The notes beneath the pieces were generated by a model, which was not told where the DNA came from, did no database searches, and saw nothing but the letters and a program-made list of their open reading frames with translations. From Takakia lepidozioides (Eukaryota > Plantae > Bryophyta), in contig CM060733.1 in assembly GCA_030704615.1 (NCBI GenBank), positions 18,662,001 to 18,726,000 on the forward strand: 64,000 bases of DNA, written 5' to 3'. Shown here piece by piece: positions 11,401 through 25,210 of the stretch. Made by a program: the position numbers and the translations under genes. Position 1 is the first letter of the stretch; every line of letters starts with the position of its first letter.

Positions 11401-14400
11401 TCACAGAAAGACATATCATACAAGAGTACTAATCTCTCTATTCACAAGGGTTAAAAACTTTTGTATTTGGTATTCAGTACACACCCTACCTTATGAACAT
11501 ATGTTTGAGCACCAGGGGCAATGTGGTATTTACCTTCCGGGAGGTATAGGAGACGTACACATCGGGAACTGTGATATTTGGCAACGATTTCATGTCCTCT
11601 GAGAACCGGATCGCATTCTTGGCCTGTACAGCCACCAACATTCTGATTGAGTGGCAGAAGGTAGTTTCCTATAGAGAGAGCCCAAAAGTGAAGTTTCTTC
11701 TCTACTATGATACTGCTCAACCTCTGATTGGGGATGGCCCCTTTTGCTAGACACTATGACGCTTAAGATTTGCTTTGCTTGGAAAGCGTTCTTCCGACAG
11801 TACCTCTATGGCACTCCATTCCTGGTAAGAACAGATCCCAAACCTTTAGAAGCAGAAATTTCATTTCGTATGTTAAGGGCTTTACTGAGGGTCTAGCTCC
11901 TAGTTTTCTCACTTTCTCAGAGGTATGGATTGGGGGGGGTGCAGGGCATGGGTGGAGCAGAGAGGGACAGGCAACCTCTTGCACATAGTCGAGCTCATCA
12001 AAGAAGCGGATAGCCCAGGTGTCAAGAAGAGCAACCAAGTCTGACTGACTGAATGGCAGGGCTTGAAATGCCCTTGCACCTGTTCGTAGCAGAAAAAGAT
12101 CTCGAGAAATCCCCTCCAGCACACCTGGTCTTTGCACTTTGATTGCAACCATCTCCCCTGTCTCTTGTAGACGTGCCTTATATACCTGCAAAATGACATC
12201 TCGCATTAACCATACTAAATCTGTAATGACTACCCCTTTTCTCTATGGTGGGGACGAAATCTGTGCATAATGGGGGGAGGTGCTACTGTCCAGAAAAGTT
12301 TGACGTTTACTTTCAAGATGGACTTGGTATTCCTGCATTGATCTAGTTGATTCTCTGTATACATTAAGGTCCCCTAAGCTCTTGGATTTTTGAAGTATTC
12401 ATATTACACAACCACTCCATGCACATCTTACTTTTATGACTGCAGCAATATTTAAACTGGTGTTTGCATTGCAATCTGAAGTTCCCAGATGTCACTAAGT
12501 GTTTCAGACCAGTTACTGGGAAATTTGCTGAACAGAATAACTATGGCATAGCAAACAACTGTCTGTCTGTGCTAGAAATTACCCTGCAAGAAGGCACGAA
12601 AGAATGTCCCAACCTGCCCCAGAGATGCTGCAGCAACTGGCTCCACTGAAATCTCTGAGAAAATCTCCTCAGCTGGTTTGCCTAGACCCTCCAGAATCAA
12701 CTGCTTGGCCTCAGCAGTTGAGAAAGGCGGGACGCGGTCTTGCAGCTTTTGCAACTCCTCCAAGTATACCACTGACAATATGTCTGGCCTTATACTCAGT
12801 GCCTGCCCTATCTGATCATGCACAGAAATGGATTGAAGGTTTGACACCAAAAATTTGAAATATTAGGAGACAAGTGGTTGGTAACATGCTCTGCTGGCTC
12901 TAATGACCCTCCTTCTGGAATGGTGCAACTTTACCCTCCACGAACTAGATGTTTGGTTATTTGAGTTTCTTACCCAGCCTGTTGTACTCTGCTTTCACAG
13001 TCTGCTCTTTGCTATTCACAGCTCTTCCTCTTGCAATGCTAGAGTATTACTACATGGTTGGAAAGAGGTAGAAGTTGGCAGATGTGTCTATGACTCCCCT
13101 CCTGTCCCTTCTCAGCTAGGGGCCCACTTGCTGCGTGGCTTCAATGTGAGGCTTCAGGCACAAAAACCTCCTACAATGACAATATTGGAGCAGACTGTCC
13201 TGACTAACAGACTTACTTCCGGTACTTCCGGTACTCCACTTTTCGCACCCCAATTCGAAATGTGAGGTCCAGTTTCCATGTTCGTTTGTGGAAGTTTGGG
13301 ATTTTAGAAGTTTAGGAGGTCCTTACCTTGATAGCAGTAGGTCCAAGCCGGGTTATCAACTCCACCAGCTGAGTAGCACGCAACTTTTCCTTCTCTTGTT
13401 CCCTTCCTACGTACTTGTCAATGAGAATGCTGGCTGTCAATGTTGAGCATTCAAACGTTATTTTGGCGGATCGCAAGATGATGTCCGCTCGTCTTCTTTT
13501 GAAGTAAGCAGCAATTTTGTCAGCATCGTATCTCAAAGGTAAATCTTCCCCCTCTATAAATATCTTTTTACTTCCATTTAAGCTTAAAAATGATACAACG
13601 AAAGCAGATGTGGCTATGGTCGCAAGAACAGCAGTTGTGGTCATCGGAGGGGCAAGTATGCCAAGCCCTCCAACGGCAGTTCCAACTTGAGACACTAAGC
13701 TCTCAGCGGAAGAGGCCAGCATGGATGTGTCCAATCCCAAGCCCCCGAATGCGAAATGACCGACTCTGGATCCTAGCTCCGAAGTCAAGGCCCCTGCATT
13801 ATGCAACACCCTCGACGCTGCATGGGTCAGACGCTCCAAACTCGGCGCTGCTTCTTCTTGCCAGATACTCGTAGGAGATCTCCAAAAAAAATCCAGGCTC
13901 TCCGAAGGCTTAGGCCAGTTAGATGAACTAGCATCTGGAAATTGTGCTACTTTCTCGACAATCGAAGCCACATATTGCCTGAAATTGCTGTACACTTCAT
14001 CTGAAGACTGGCCTAGTTGATCTGCTACATGCGATGACCCTAGTAGAAAACTCACGGGTGTAAGAGACAAGTAACGAGTGTTGTTCTTCCGACGTTTGTA
14101 AGGCATGGAAATTTTCAATTGAATACAGAGCGACCCGCCTGATAGTGAAATAACGTCCTTCATAAAAAACATTTCTAATTGCCTGTGGCGGATGCGGAGC
14201 CCTTTTCTCCCATTTTCTCCTGCACGGACTGAAAAGTGTTGCTCAAACCCACGCCCCTCCCTTCCAGCTGACTGAATCCCTTTTAAACTGGCATGATCCT
14301 GGATACTGCTTGGCCTCTTCACCTCGGTGAAAATCTTGGAGCCATCGTTGCCCAATCCGGGAATGTGATAGTGACACAGGCTGGCCTGTGCCACAGCCAT

Positions 14401-14403
14401 CAT
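8468..14403 (-). CDS. ABC1/UbiB-family atypical protein kinase (likely plastid-targeted), multi-exon. Exons approx. 14403-13327 (may hide an intron), 12811-12614, 12185-11976, 11623-11534, 11337-11134, 10605-10393, 10217-10039, 9911-9674, 9464-9218, 8721-8468
   Basis: Motifs LGPTAIK/IGQALSIRPD, LQDRVPPF, PVAAASLGQ/VYKA, VAIKVQRP, ELDY, HADPHPGN, LDFGL and IPPYFALILRAFSVLEGIGL; GT-AG junctions keep frame. The 5' exon structure and last exon are uncertain. Confidence 0.9.
8790..9150 (-). mobile_element. LINE RT remnant within an ABC1K intron
   Basis: ISSSEVVEAVKHLSSYKAGGLDGIVNELIK and ITLLSAVGKLFCRIINTRL (RT domain 0/1-2 motifs), frameshifted. Confidence 0.75.
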
Positions 14404-14763
14404 CTTACTCGACAACACACGTCGGAGAAGTGTAAAACCAAATCACATCCCGAAAACTCCAACAAAACTACGAGGAAGTCTCTTACAATGTTTTGAAGTA
14501 GTGCTCGGGATCGACAGGGATCACACAGATCAAACACACTCTCCAGTTACACGGGATCCGTGAGAGAAAGAGTGCAAAGGCAGTACCGTACAGGCTGCCT
14601 GCGGTTGTGACGGTCGTAGGAACCCACGTCGCGCATTGTTGGGCACGTGGATGCATGAACCAAGTCCACGTAGCCCTATATCTTCACATTGGTTACTTCT
14701 TTCCTACGTTCTATTGCCGTAGTAAAGGGCTCTATGCCCCTGTTATTTCCAGGGAAAGGGGAG

Positions 14764-16570
14764 TACATAGAAGCCCTAAATTCATGTTGAAAGCAGCCAT
14801 ATGCGTGCGAATATTTGACATACTTTGGTCGGATTTATGATGAAACCCTATAAAACTTTATTGACAAGATGTACAATTGGCCCTCGATATGTGTTAATCT
14901 TTAGGAGTAAGAAAAACTGTAACACTTAAAGGATTGTAACACTTTAATAGATACAAATTTAGGATCAATGAAAAATAACATTTATAAAGTTCACGCTTAC
15001 ATGGGGAGCCCTAAAAAAAGTTCATGTTGATAGAACGAAAAATCGCCATCAGAGCTCATGATCTACAGGCAGTGAAGTTTGGAAGAAAGATTCTATGAGG
15101 GTCTGATGTGACTGTGCCATTCTCAATATCTCTACACCTTTTGCAAATTTCTCTAATTTGTCTACCAAGTGCATAACATCTCTAAGAAATGATGCAATGT
15201 TTCAAGCGCAACCTTTGCATCTTTAAAACCTACTGGGGTTACATTTTGATCAGAAACTATGCATTCACTCTCGTCTTCCTCTTCTATGACAGTGGCCCGA
15301 GCATCTCCAGTATCTCTTCATCTGTTGGTTGGTATGGGTTGTTCAAATCGAATTCTGCCTCATAATAGGTGTACTCGTGAGTATCCATATTTGATGGCAG
15401 TTGCGAATTTTCGGCACATACTACAGTGAGCTGCTCTAATAAACTTGTAATGTCTCCAATCTCTGTCATTTGAGCCTCATTAAGTGCTTGGGTTGTATTC
15501 AAAGTGGAAATGATCCCTGTATGATTCCAACAATTCTCAATTGACGCACGAGTCACAGCTTGCCGCCAAGCTTGGATAAGCATTGTGACTCCTTGATACA
15601 CATCAATTTTTGGATCTCTCTTTGATATCAAACAATCAATCTGATATTGAATCATCCTCTTTCGGTATTGAGCCTTGAATGAAGGAATGATTCCAACATC
15701 CAGAGGTTGAAATCTACTTGTGGTATTATGAGGCAGAAACTCAAGCTGTGTGACACGCAGTCTGCATGTCATGTTGGGAAGTTGATGCCTAGAGAAGTTG
15801 TCAACCAGTAACAGTGTTTTCTCTTTGCCAAGTGCACCATCGTTTTAGAATCCGTCTTGAACCTTTCAAATAAGACCGTTGTCATCCATGTCTTCTTGTT
15901 GGCTGCCCACATAATCCCAAGATTTTGGGGATTAACGATGTTCCTCACTGTAAAAGGTCTAGGTTTCAGGAACTTGTTATGACAAATGGGAGAAGCATAA
16001 CAGTACCATCGGCATTGCTACAGAGTGCAACGGTGAGTTTTTCTTTTTGTTTCTTTCGACCAGAAAGATGTTGCGTAGCCAAAGTACGATTGGGCTCCAA
16101 TCTATAAAATATGTCTATTTCATCCATGTTATATATGTCAAAGAGACATGGTACCTTGAGCAAATGGTTTTGATTTCCTCCATGCGATGCAATACTTCTG
16201 GTGAGTTATCTGAAGATGCATCCTCGCCATGTCGTATAAATCCTCTGATCCCAAACCGCTTCTTAAAACCATCCAACCATCCGTGAGAGAACTGCAGCTG
16301 CTTCTCAGTGGACTACTCGTTCTCATATTATAAAAACGCTTCGCAACTGCTATGAGGAGGTCATCCGATAATTTAGCACCTTGTCCCTGCATCACTGTGA
16401 ACCAAGAAAATGTTGCTTCTTCAACCTCTGGATACCACGCTTTCATCGCTCTCTTTTGGATTGCTGACTTATGATCAACCTCTAACAAATCTTTTCTCTT
16501 CAGTAGCCTAGATATGCTCATTTCAGATGATGAAGTTTAAAACTTATCATTTGTCCACTTTGTCAATGCT
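14764..16570 (-). mobile_element. pogo/Tigger-type Tc1/mariner DNA transposon, decayed
   Basis: CENP-B-type HTH (YPEVEEATFSWF..GWLDGFKKRFGI), DIYNMDE, KLTVALCSNADGT, LLVDNF and FLPHNTTSRFQPLDVGII; frameshifts. Candidate TA+TIR TACATAGAAGCCC at 14764 with a related copy at ~14998; the other end was not found. Confidence 0.85.
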
Positions 16571-16649
16571 CTGTTAACAAGAAGTAGGAGGAAACAAAAG
16601 CTATAGTAAGCTACTCAACTAGAACAACCCCAAGCCAACAGGGTGGAAG

Positions 16650-18059
16650 AGATTAGGTAAAGAGATAGGCAAAGAGTCAAGCATAGGCGGAAGATGAAAT
16701 GATGCGAAGCCAGTCACATCAGTCCGATGCAAAATAGATGTTTTGCTTTCTGCAGCGCAACTAAAACACGAGTATGTCATAAGGATGGAGACATGCAGAA
16801 TACCACTGGACTTATTTTACGCTGCATGATGTGCACATGTCCGAAGGAAATTGTCGAAGTGTCTATGCAAGGAGCCAAATATCTTGACCGCCAGCCAAAA
16901 AAATCTGACGGTAGGGTGACAATCTCTGTAGTCGGGCTCCTTGGTTTGAACTGCAACAGCGGCTGCCGTGCCCGGTGTGCTAGCTGCGCAGGGTAGCAGA
17001 TCATCCGCTCGAATGGGATCGGCGAGAACGACATCCCACTACAACAGATCGCGGTAGTTATGACTGCCAAACCGTGGTAGTCATGGTTTTCATGACTTTG
17101 ACCATGACTGCACCATGTTTTTATATGAAATTGACCTCCCGCAGTCGTTTATATGACTGTAGTCATATGAACGACTATCTAAATAGTCGTCTGTATGACT
17201 ACATGGCTTCGGAATGGGCGGAAGGTTGGTCAACGGCAATTAACCAGATTTAGCTCACTATTCATAGTCATTTCCATGACTACAGTGTACATGGATGAGG
17301 TTACATAGTCATGATGACTACTGGGGATTTTGTAATTTGGTGTGTATAATACAATTAAAACACCATATGATTATATGAATGACTAATGGGTGTATTGGTT
17401 AACAGGTAGTGAACTATAATTCTTATAGTAAAGAGGTTGTAGGTTCAAACTCCTCTAAATACAATCAAATGGATAAGATGGCCCTAGGGTTAGTAGACGA
17501 GCTAGGGATAGCACGTGGTATCCTAGATGGACTGCCACGTGGTTTTTTCATTATTATAAAATGCATTATGCCACGTGGCACAATGCGGTGCGACGCGGCG
17601 TTTGACATATGTTTTTATTTTTTATTTTTTTATTTTTTATTTAATTTTTTAAATCAATTGCGTCTCGCCACGTGGCGTGGCAACGGCGGCTGCAGTATGG
17701 TATATATGACTGCAGTGAGAGACATCACTTGGTTCATATGACTGTAGTCATCCGGACCGTACCATCCTCTACTCATTGTATTGACTTGGTTTGCACGACT
17801 TACAGTCATAGAAGTCATATGTGTCGTTTATGACTACAGAATAGTCATATATACAGTCATAAATACCGCGATCTGTTGTAGTGTCCGCAAGGGTACGAAA
17901 CCATCTCTAGAGAGAATGATGTTGACACGTCGACGTGTAGATGAGGTTGTTGACGCAATACATGATACCGAGCCTCCCGAGCGGCAGATGTCACCGTGTC
18001 ACAAACCACATCATGAGTTTGTCACCGCATGGGCAGCAGAGGAGGTGGATGGCAAGGTC
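16650..18059 (-). mobile_element. CRE-like non-LTR retrotransposon, 3' part (zinc finger and restriction-like endonuclease)
   Basis: With the CACTA insert removed it reads IDDLAIHLLCC..RRRVNIILSRDG..RTLADVVLADP..AAAVAVQTKE..FFWLAVKIFGSLH, an RLE PD-(D/E)xK-type C-terminus. It continues across the gypsy TSD from 44347. Confidence 0.8.
17037..17883. mobile_element. Non-autonomous CACTA (En/Spm) element
   Basis: 20-bp TIR CACTACAACAGATCGCGGTA at both ends, 3-bp TSD TCC (17034-17036, 17884-17886), many subterminal ATGACT/AGTCAT repeats. Confidence 0.95.
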
Positions 18060-18981
18060 ATCGATATCACGGACATAGCCCAGAGGAACTTACCAGGAGT
18101 AAATATCCGAAGTTACCAAGTTATCATGTTATCGGAAGTTACCATGACTTTATCGTGATTTACCATGATCTATTATTACTTACCATGTTACCGAAAGTTT
18201 ACCAAATTACCAAGAGTAACTTGGGAAACTACTCATGAAGCTTCATTTGGAGGAAACTTCTCCATCAAGATACCTCTTGTGTTTAAGGAAGCTGCTCCAT
18301 CAAAAAACCTCCATAGGGAAGTTTCTTAGGTTTAACTAATTCCGGACTTTGAATAAGTCCGGATTTAATGAAAATACGGATCTATTTACTAAATACATAA
18401 TAAAATTTAATACATATACACCTATATATAATAATATCATTTTAATTTAAGTATCTAAACTAATACTGAAAACCATTTTTATATTCAATTTCCACTTTGA
18501 ATGTGAATACAAACTTGTTCATATCACTCTTTTGTAGAAAACATCACTACAATTTTAGTTTTTTCCACTTTGAGTGGCGAAAGATATTGGCATCAACGCA
18601 TTGTCGTTTATATATGGATTTATCGACTTCAGGATTGAACTCAAAGTATTGATTCACATCTACATATACATATAATGACATATCAATATATGAAGCGAGA
18701 CATTTGTTTTGTTTTGTAGCGTCGTTGAGATCTCCCAAACCGCGGGGGCCCAACGCAAGTGCTTGGTGCTGTTGGAAAGCCCTCGATGTGGAATTTCAAG
18801 TACTTTTGGTCGCTGAAAATTTGTGAAAAATAGGCTTTCATGGGACAATGATTGGAGCATCGACATCAAGGGAAAGGTCTCTGGTCCAAATCTGGTTGTA
18901 GGCTTTGTGGAAAAGAAATGCATTTGGACTTAGATGGAAATGATTGGAGCCTCGAGGGGAGATATATCAATAATGAATTGG

Positions 18982-19505
18982 GCCTTGACATTGGAGACGT
19001 AGTGGGATACATAGGAAATTGCATTCGAGCTTAGATGACACTAGACACTTGGCCCTCTACATGGGAGATGCACTTGGATACATGAATAGAATATTGCACT
19101 TGGGCTTAGATAGGCCTCGACAAAAGAGACACACTTGGATACATAGGAAATTGCATTCGGTCTTGGATTTCAAATCTTCACACATGGGCCAACGGCACAA
19201 GCTACACTAAAGGTCGCACTTGGGCCTCGACATAGGAGACGCACTAGGATACATAGGAAATTGCACTCGGTTTTGCGTTCCAATTCTTTAGACATGGGCC
19301 GATGGCACAGGCTACCCTAGAGGTCGCATTTGGGCCTCGACATAGGAAACGCACTGGGATACATAGGAGATCTTGCACTTGGGCTTAGATGACACAAGAC
19401 ACTTGGGCCAACGGCACAAGCTATCCCAGAGGTCGCATCCGGGGTTGGACATAGGAGACGCATTTGGATACATAAGGGACTTAGATGATACTCGACACTT
19501 GGCCA
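18982..19505 (-). repeat. Six-copy imperfect tandem repeat (60-111 bp units); minus-strand core reads PMYPSASPMSRP
   Basis: Core GGCCTCGACATAGGAGACGCACTNGGATACATAGGA at ~18982, 19052, 19112, 19223, 19333 and 19441. Confidence 0.85.
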
Positions 19506-20224
19506 ACGGCTGCCCTAGTCTTTCTTGAATATGACATTTTGTTGATCCAAAGTACCAGATAGAAAAAATATATCCATGTATTACCAAAAATATATTATTC
19601 AAAAAAATGAATCCATGTCTGATAGTGACACATTGTGTTTTGTACCATTGAGACGAATATCCAAAAGAAGCTGAAGATGAACCTCCTTGCAATGATGATT
19701 CGTTTGCAAAACGACTACCTTGCAAGAGATGCATAACTCTACGTCGTCGTTTACTTATACCATGTTTCATTGTCTTCCTGGTGTGCAGACGGTTCAACAT
19801 AATCTGAACATGACTCTCAACACTAGTGGACATGGTTCTATTCTGGCTGTGGTTGAACATATCATCGGAATTCACGCTTGCAACCACACTGCGTGACGTT
19901 GAAGATCCAAATTTGCGGGACTCTGATTCCAACAGTCGAGTTGGGGCCTTCTCTTGTCGAATTATATTTCGCAACTCCTCCTCATGATTCACTGAACAAA
20001 AAGTACACAATGAGACACTTCGAAATCCATGCCGAAGTACCATGGAGCCACGGATGAACAACAATTTAGAAATTTAAAATAATTAAAAAAAAGAATTGTC
20101 ATCATCACCGAAATTTTTTTGGCGTACCAAGATAATCAGGTTGAAGAAGGCGAGGGTGACGAATAGATGGATCAATATATCTCCCGAACCAAATCCAATG
20201 CGGATGGTCACGTTTGATGGAAGG

Positions 20225-21656
20225 TCATGTTCTCTTTACACAGTTTTCACTGACATAGTCCACCACACTAGAGGCTCCAATCATCTTGTGCATGAACGGC
20301 CAAACCGTCATCACCATATCACTCACGTTTTGGTCCATAGAGGCATTTTTTCCTGAAGATAAAACCTTGAAAAGAAGAGGGAAAAACCCTGTATTCTCTG
20401 GGTTCCTTAGTGCTTTGGAAGGCTCATCATCAACTAAGAGAATCTGACCTTGTTTTGCGAATGGCTTGTCTGCAAACTTTATTAAAACTTTGTCAATATT
20501 TTTGAGCACGTACTTCATTTCATACTTGATATAGCCAGACGTAATTGTACAATGCTCAGCCAACCAAATGAAACAAAATTGTTTGATGATCTCCGGTGGA
20601 ACAAAAGCCTCCAGCATTATGAAAAGAACATCTTTCTGGGCGCATGACCAAATAGAGACATGAAAATTTGTCGTCAACAACTTCAAAAATTCAATCACAC
20701 CTGGACGAGGAATTACAAATGGTGTCTCTAGCACTTGAAGTTTTATGCGTCGTCCGGGATATTTAGCTCTCAACAACTCCAACCCACTTGGAGGGGGTCT
20801 GAAGCAGTGTTGGCTGGGTATGGCATCTTGACATGCATATCCGGCGGTTATTTGCCGGTTATACACATGTGCATAACCAGAAAGTGCAGCCCCCGCAGGA
20901 ACCGGCTATGGAAGGGAACCGGAAAAAAAAATCGAGCTTCCTAACCGGCTAGAGAACCGGCATGGTGATTATAAGAATGTTATACCCGGAGCAAGATCCG
21001 GAGCAAATGTGGATGGCGTAGAGGCAGTTCTAGATAATACAAGTGTAAGGGTTAGTGATGGTAGTTATGAAATTACAATGTTGGGGAGATTAGGTGCACA
21101 ACATTAATGAGAATGTCCAAGTAGGAAATTAATTAGTTGGGCATTTGGCATTTGGCTAAGACGATAGTTGTAAGTTGTAAGCTTAGTGTATTAAAGGGGC
21201 AGAGAGATAGATGACAGGGTTGAACGTTTGAACTTTGAACCCGAGACCCACAACTAATACTCTAGTGGCTTATCACCAGGCCATAGCCCTTTTGTGTATA
21301 GTTTTACACACATACACAAAAATGCTAGAAAAAGTAAAAATAAATCAAAGTGGATGAATCCCATAACCGGTACCATGGAACCGGCAATTTTTAAGATGGC
21401 ATAACCGGTAGATTGAGAACCGGACAAAAAAAAAATCCATGTGTTTATTGAGAACCTGTAACCGAGATGTTTTTCAAACCTATTGGTATACCCTGCCCCG
21501 GCCATCCATTTTTTTCAAAGAGTACGCCATAACCGGGACCGGGAGAGGGCTCAAAACATGGTACCCGGCCAACACTGGTCTGAAGCACAAAAGACCGTTG
21601 ACGCTTAATATGACAAGCATTCGTTTTTTCTGACCCGAGATGATTTGGGTGTTTAC
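20225..21656 (-). pseudogene. FCP1/SCP (NIF) HAD phosphatase-like domain #1, disrupted by hAT MITEs
   Basis: With MITE 20805-21577 removed it reads KKRMLVILSVNGLLCFRPPPSG..PFVIPRPGVIEFL..VSIWSCAQ..LKNIDKV..ILLVDDEPSKALRNP. Confidence 0.8.
20805..21577. mobile_element. hAT-type MITE
   Basis: TIR CAGTGTTGGC..GCCAACACTG; 8-bp TSD GTCTGAAG (20797-20804, 21578-21585); subterminal ACCGG repeats. Confidence 0.93.
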
Positions 21657-22524
21657 CAGTGTTGGGTGGTTCTTGCATTTGTGAAAGAACCTTCGGTTCT
21701 GGTTCCACAATTATTTCAAGAGACGGTTCTGGATCCAGTTCCAGTTTTTTTTTATTGAGCCGGTTCCGGTCTGGTTCCGGATCCAACTTTTAAACATGGG
21801 GGCGGTCCCGGTTACCGGTTAGTTGCTGATAAAAACCATCGGTTCCGGTTAGGTTCCGGTTCTATTTTAAGAATATATTTGTTTAATTTAATTAGATTTA
21901 AAATATTTTATCAGTCCGGTAGATTAAATAGCAGTGTATTCACATATTTGAACTAAAATCCAACGATGTTGTTAGTTTTCACTAACACCAAAAAACAAAC
22001 AAAAATACTCTAAATATACTGGTAGAAGAAAATGGGTAAAATTTTTATGGGTTGAAAGTACTATTCAGCTACCTGGCAAGTATTGGCATCTTCAAACATT
22101 TTATTAATGAACTTAGCCAAGATATCAATCATGGAGCTGGAGATTGAACCCAAGGTCATGGCGCTGAAGCATTGAACATAGAATCTCATGGCCTTCAAGC
22201 ATTGAACCCAGGATAGGATCTCAGGAGCTTGAGAGCATTAAAGAAGTTTTGCCCTGGGCCCACCAGCTCTCTAGTGTTATGCCATGTTGCCAAGGCCCAC
22301 CAAGGGTTCAAGAACCAGAACCTGTTTTTATCCCTATGCGCCCCGGTTCTCGGGTTCTCACACCCAGCAGGAACCGCCGGTTTGGTTCTGCGCCGATCCC
22401 CATTGGTAGGTTCCGGTTCCGGGTCAGGTTATGTAGGAATGGGCCCGGTTCCGGTCCGGTTCCGGTTAACTTGAACCTGAACCGGCGGTTAACCTGGGTC
22501 CCGGCGGGTAACCGCCCAACACTG
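21657..22524. mobile_element. hAT-type MITE
   Basis: TIR CAGTGTTGGG..CCCAACACTG; 8-bp TSD GTGTTTAC (21649-21656, 22525-22532); GGTTCC/AACCGG subterminal repeats. Confidence 0.93.
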
Positions 22525-22532
22525 GTGTTTAC

Positions 22533-24900
22533 GCTCTTAGAGGTGGTCACCTAGAAATAAAAATGAAATATCATTAGTACTGCCAAAGAACAGAACATAA
22601 AATAAAAATTCACAAAAGAAATATCACTTCGGACCATATGTCGAAGTGCATTGGGTATCTATAAGAGAGAGGCCCCATTGGCTAGTAACATAGTTCATCT
22701 TCTGGCAACAACATCAAAAGACATAACCAGTGCAACGCCGAAAAGAAAAAAACTCATATTCTTCAACAAAACATATAAAGATAACAAGAAATGAGAATAA
22801 TGCGAAAATATTTGATACCATTTTAGGCAAATCGCTTAAAGACTTCTTTTTTAGGCTTTGTGAGTCTTTTTGAGTCTTTTTGGATATTGGGAGCTGCAAT
22901 GATGATGACAAATCAGCTTCTCGACCTCCATCAGCAGTCGAACACTTCAATTTTGATCTTGGGAAAATATGCCATTTATCTTGAGATATATCCGTTTTCT
23001 CACTTGCATTCGATGACTCGGATCCTGTCGATCTACGAACCGAATTGGAGAATCTTTGAATGGAGATTCCACCAGTATTTTTTGTTGCGGACCTCACTTT
23101 GCATGGTATTTTCTCAGATTGAGAGGATGTTGTAACAAAAGAGTTTTCATTGTGTAGATCTGAAGTTATCCCTCTTGAGACCACGAAACAATCAGACGAA
23201 TGCTCGGACATGCTCGGCTCAACTGAAACATATACAAGGTCATGCTCGCAAAATGAAGTTTTAGTACATTTACCAAAAACATAAAGAACAAACATAAATC
23301 ACATTATGTATGTTATAATAGTAACTTACCTTCGCTTCTCGTACTCTCGGCTTTGAGAGATCCATAAACTTCCCTTGCCTCGCCAAGAAATGTGGATTTA
23401 TCCATTCTAAAATACTACATTTTGGACTTGCAGCAATTGATTCCGAAAGATCCATGAATTGTCCATGCCTTGCCAAGAAGTGTGGATTGATCCACTCCAA
23501 AATACTACGTTTTGGACTCGCAGCTATCGGTAATTCAGATGATGCATCTCCACAGGGCAATTCAGATTGGGGTGGAATACTCTCCATTATAAGTCGTCTT
23601 CATGCACATGGATCCATTCTTGTATGTCCCGATATCTGAAAGAACAAAAATAAAGATACATTCTTAACCATGACATCCAACCAATTCATATGAATGGGGA
23701 TCATGGATAAAACAAACTTCCAAATATACCTCTCTCTCCGAGATCCGTAGTTGATTGTAAGAAGCAGATATAACATCGGTATCTTGAATTGAGCCAATCA
23801 TTGACAATTTCGGAAGACCCGTGCTACAGTTTAGGTCCATCTGTATAGCTTCCAAATTAGCTGATTCCAGTAGTGGAGCAATCTGTGAAAATGCATGAAC
23901 ACTTAATGTCAAAGAAAAAAAAACACAAACATATATGGGAAACTTTGCACCTCATGCCAAAGTGAAATGAAGTGAAGTGAAGATAATGATTGAGATGAGG
24001 CATGCATACAAATCATTGAATCAATTTTGATAGGTTGATTGCAAAAAAATGGGAATGAATGTCAGGAACGAACTTACAATATCGAAAACTTGGTGTAACT
24101 GACTAGGTGAAATATGAGGACGGCGGTCAAAATTTACAAGTCATCTGGTTCTTTTCTTAGAGAAGATAATATGGGCATTGTTATATGTACTTAAGGTCTT
24201 TCCATGCTTTGTGGAACAAGTCCCTACTAATGGTACATTGATTGAGAAGGAAGGACTTCGAAACAGAGGCTGAAGTGACCTCAAGTATAATAAAAAGAGA
24301 AATGTTTGGAGAGTGGTTGGGCTTAATACCTCCATGCCCACTACAGTAGCCATTTCATGCGGAAGTATATGAGCGTGAAAGCTTTGGTTGTCCATATCTG
24401 TAATATGATAACAGTTGTTTTGTGTGATAGTTGGGACCGAATTATCCTTCAACTCCTCGGTGGCCTGCATACAGTCAAGGGATACACACCTAAAACTAAC
24501 ACCATAAAATCTAGAAGATTATGAAGAGACATGGAATGTTTAAATCTTTAAATGAATGTGAAATGCAAGACATGGATGATGGTACCAGTGTATTGTCGAT
24601 GTGGACATGAGTTTGTGGTAACACATTTGATGAACCCATTCTCCCGCTATCATATAATTTTTCATCTCCAATTGATGGATAAGAAAATTGAGCCAATGTT
24701 TTCTCCATAAGCACATTGGAGTCGACTTGAATGCAGTAAGCATCCTCAATGGTGCAACTAAGAGAGACAATGTCTAGCTGAAGACTAATATTCGAAGGAG
24801 TCGGAATCCGTTCGGCGATGTTGTGTTGTGCGACGAAATGCTCCGGAGATTGAATGAATGTTGATTCGATTGCAGTTGGAGTGCTATCAATTGCAGGCTG
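22533..24900 (-). pseudogene. Multi-exon, Ser-rich cargo ORF of unknown function, probably the N-terminal part of the FCP1-like gene #1
   Basis: Open stretches bounded by AG/GT sites (about 22814-23230, 23330-23635, 23730-23885, 24340-24465, 24585-24895); internal duplication IAASPK(R/C)SILEWINPHFLAR. Confidence 0.45.
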
Positions 24901-25210
24901 ACAAGATCCAATGGAAAGAAACGAGGGACCAAATCAATAGCAATTGTGAAATATGATGTCAAAAATATCCATCAAGTGATTAATGCCACACACAAGTAAG
25001 GGAACCCTATTACTTCGGAGATGAGACATTCAAATGGAGTAAATTATATGAATATTTGTAATCTATATATGCATAAAATAGTTTGGTGTTCGAAAACATC
25101 ATATTTTAACATCATTAGTAACCAAATAATCAAAGATAAAAAAAATAAAAAAATGTACACGATAGAGAAGAACAAAGATGAAATTTATTTGATTTTCATA
25201 AATACTATCA

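Noticed and set aside
21254-22554. Pro/Gly-rich ORFs (EPEP, GSGSG)
   Set aside because: Translations of hAT MITE subterminal repeats.
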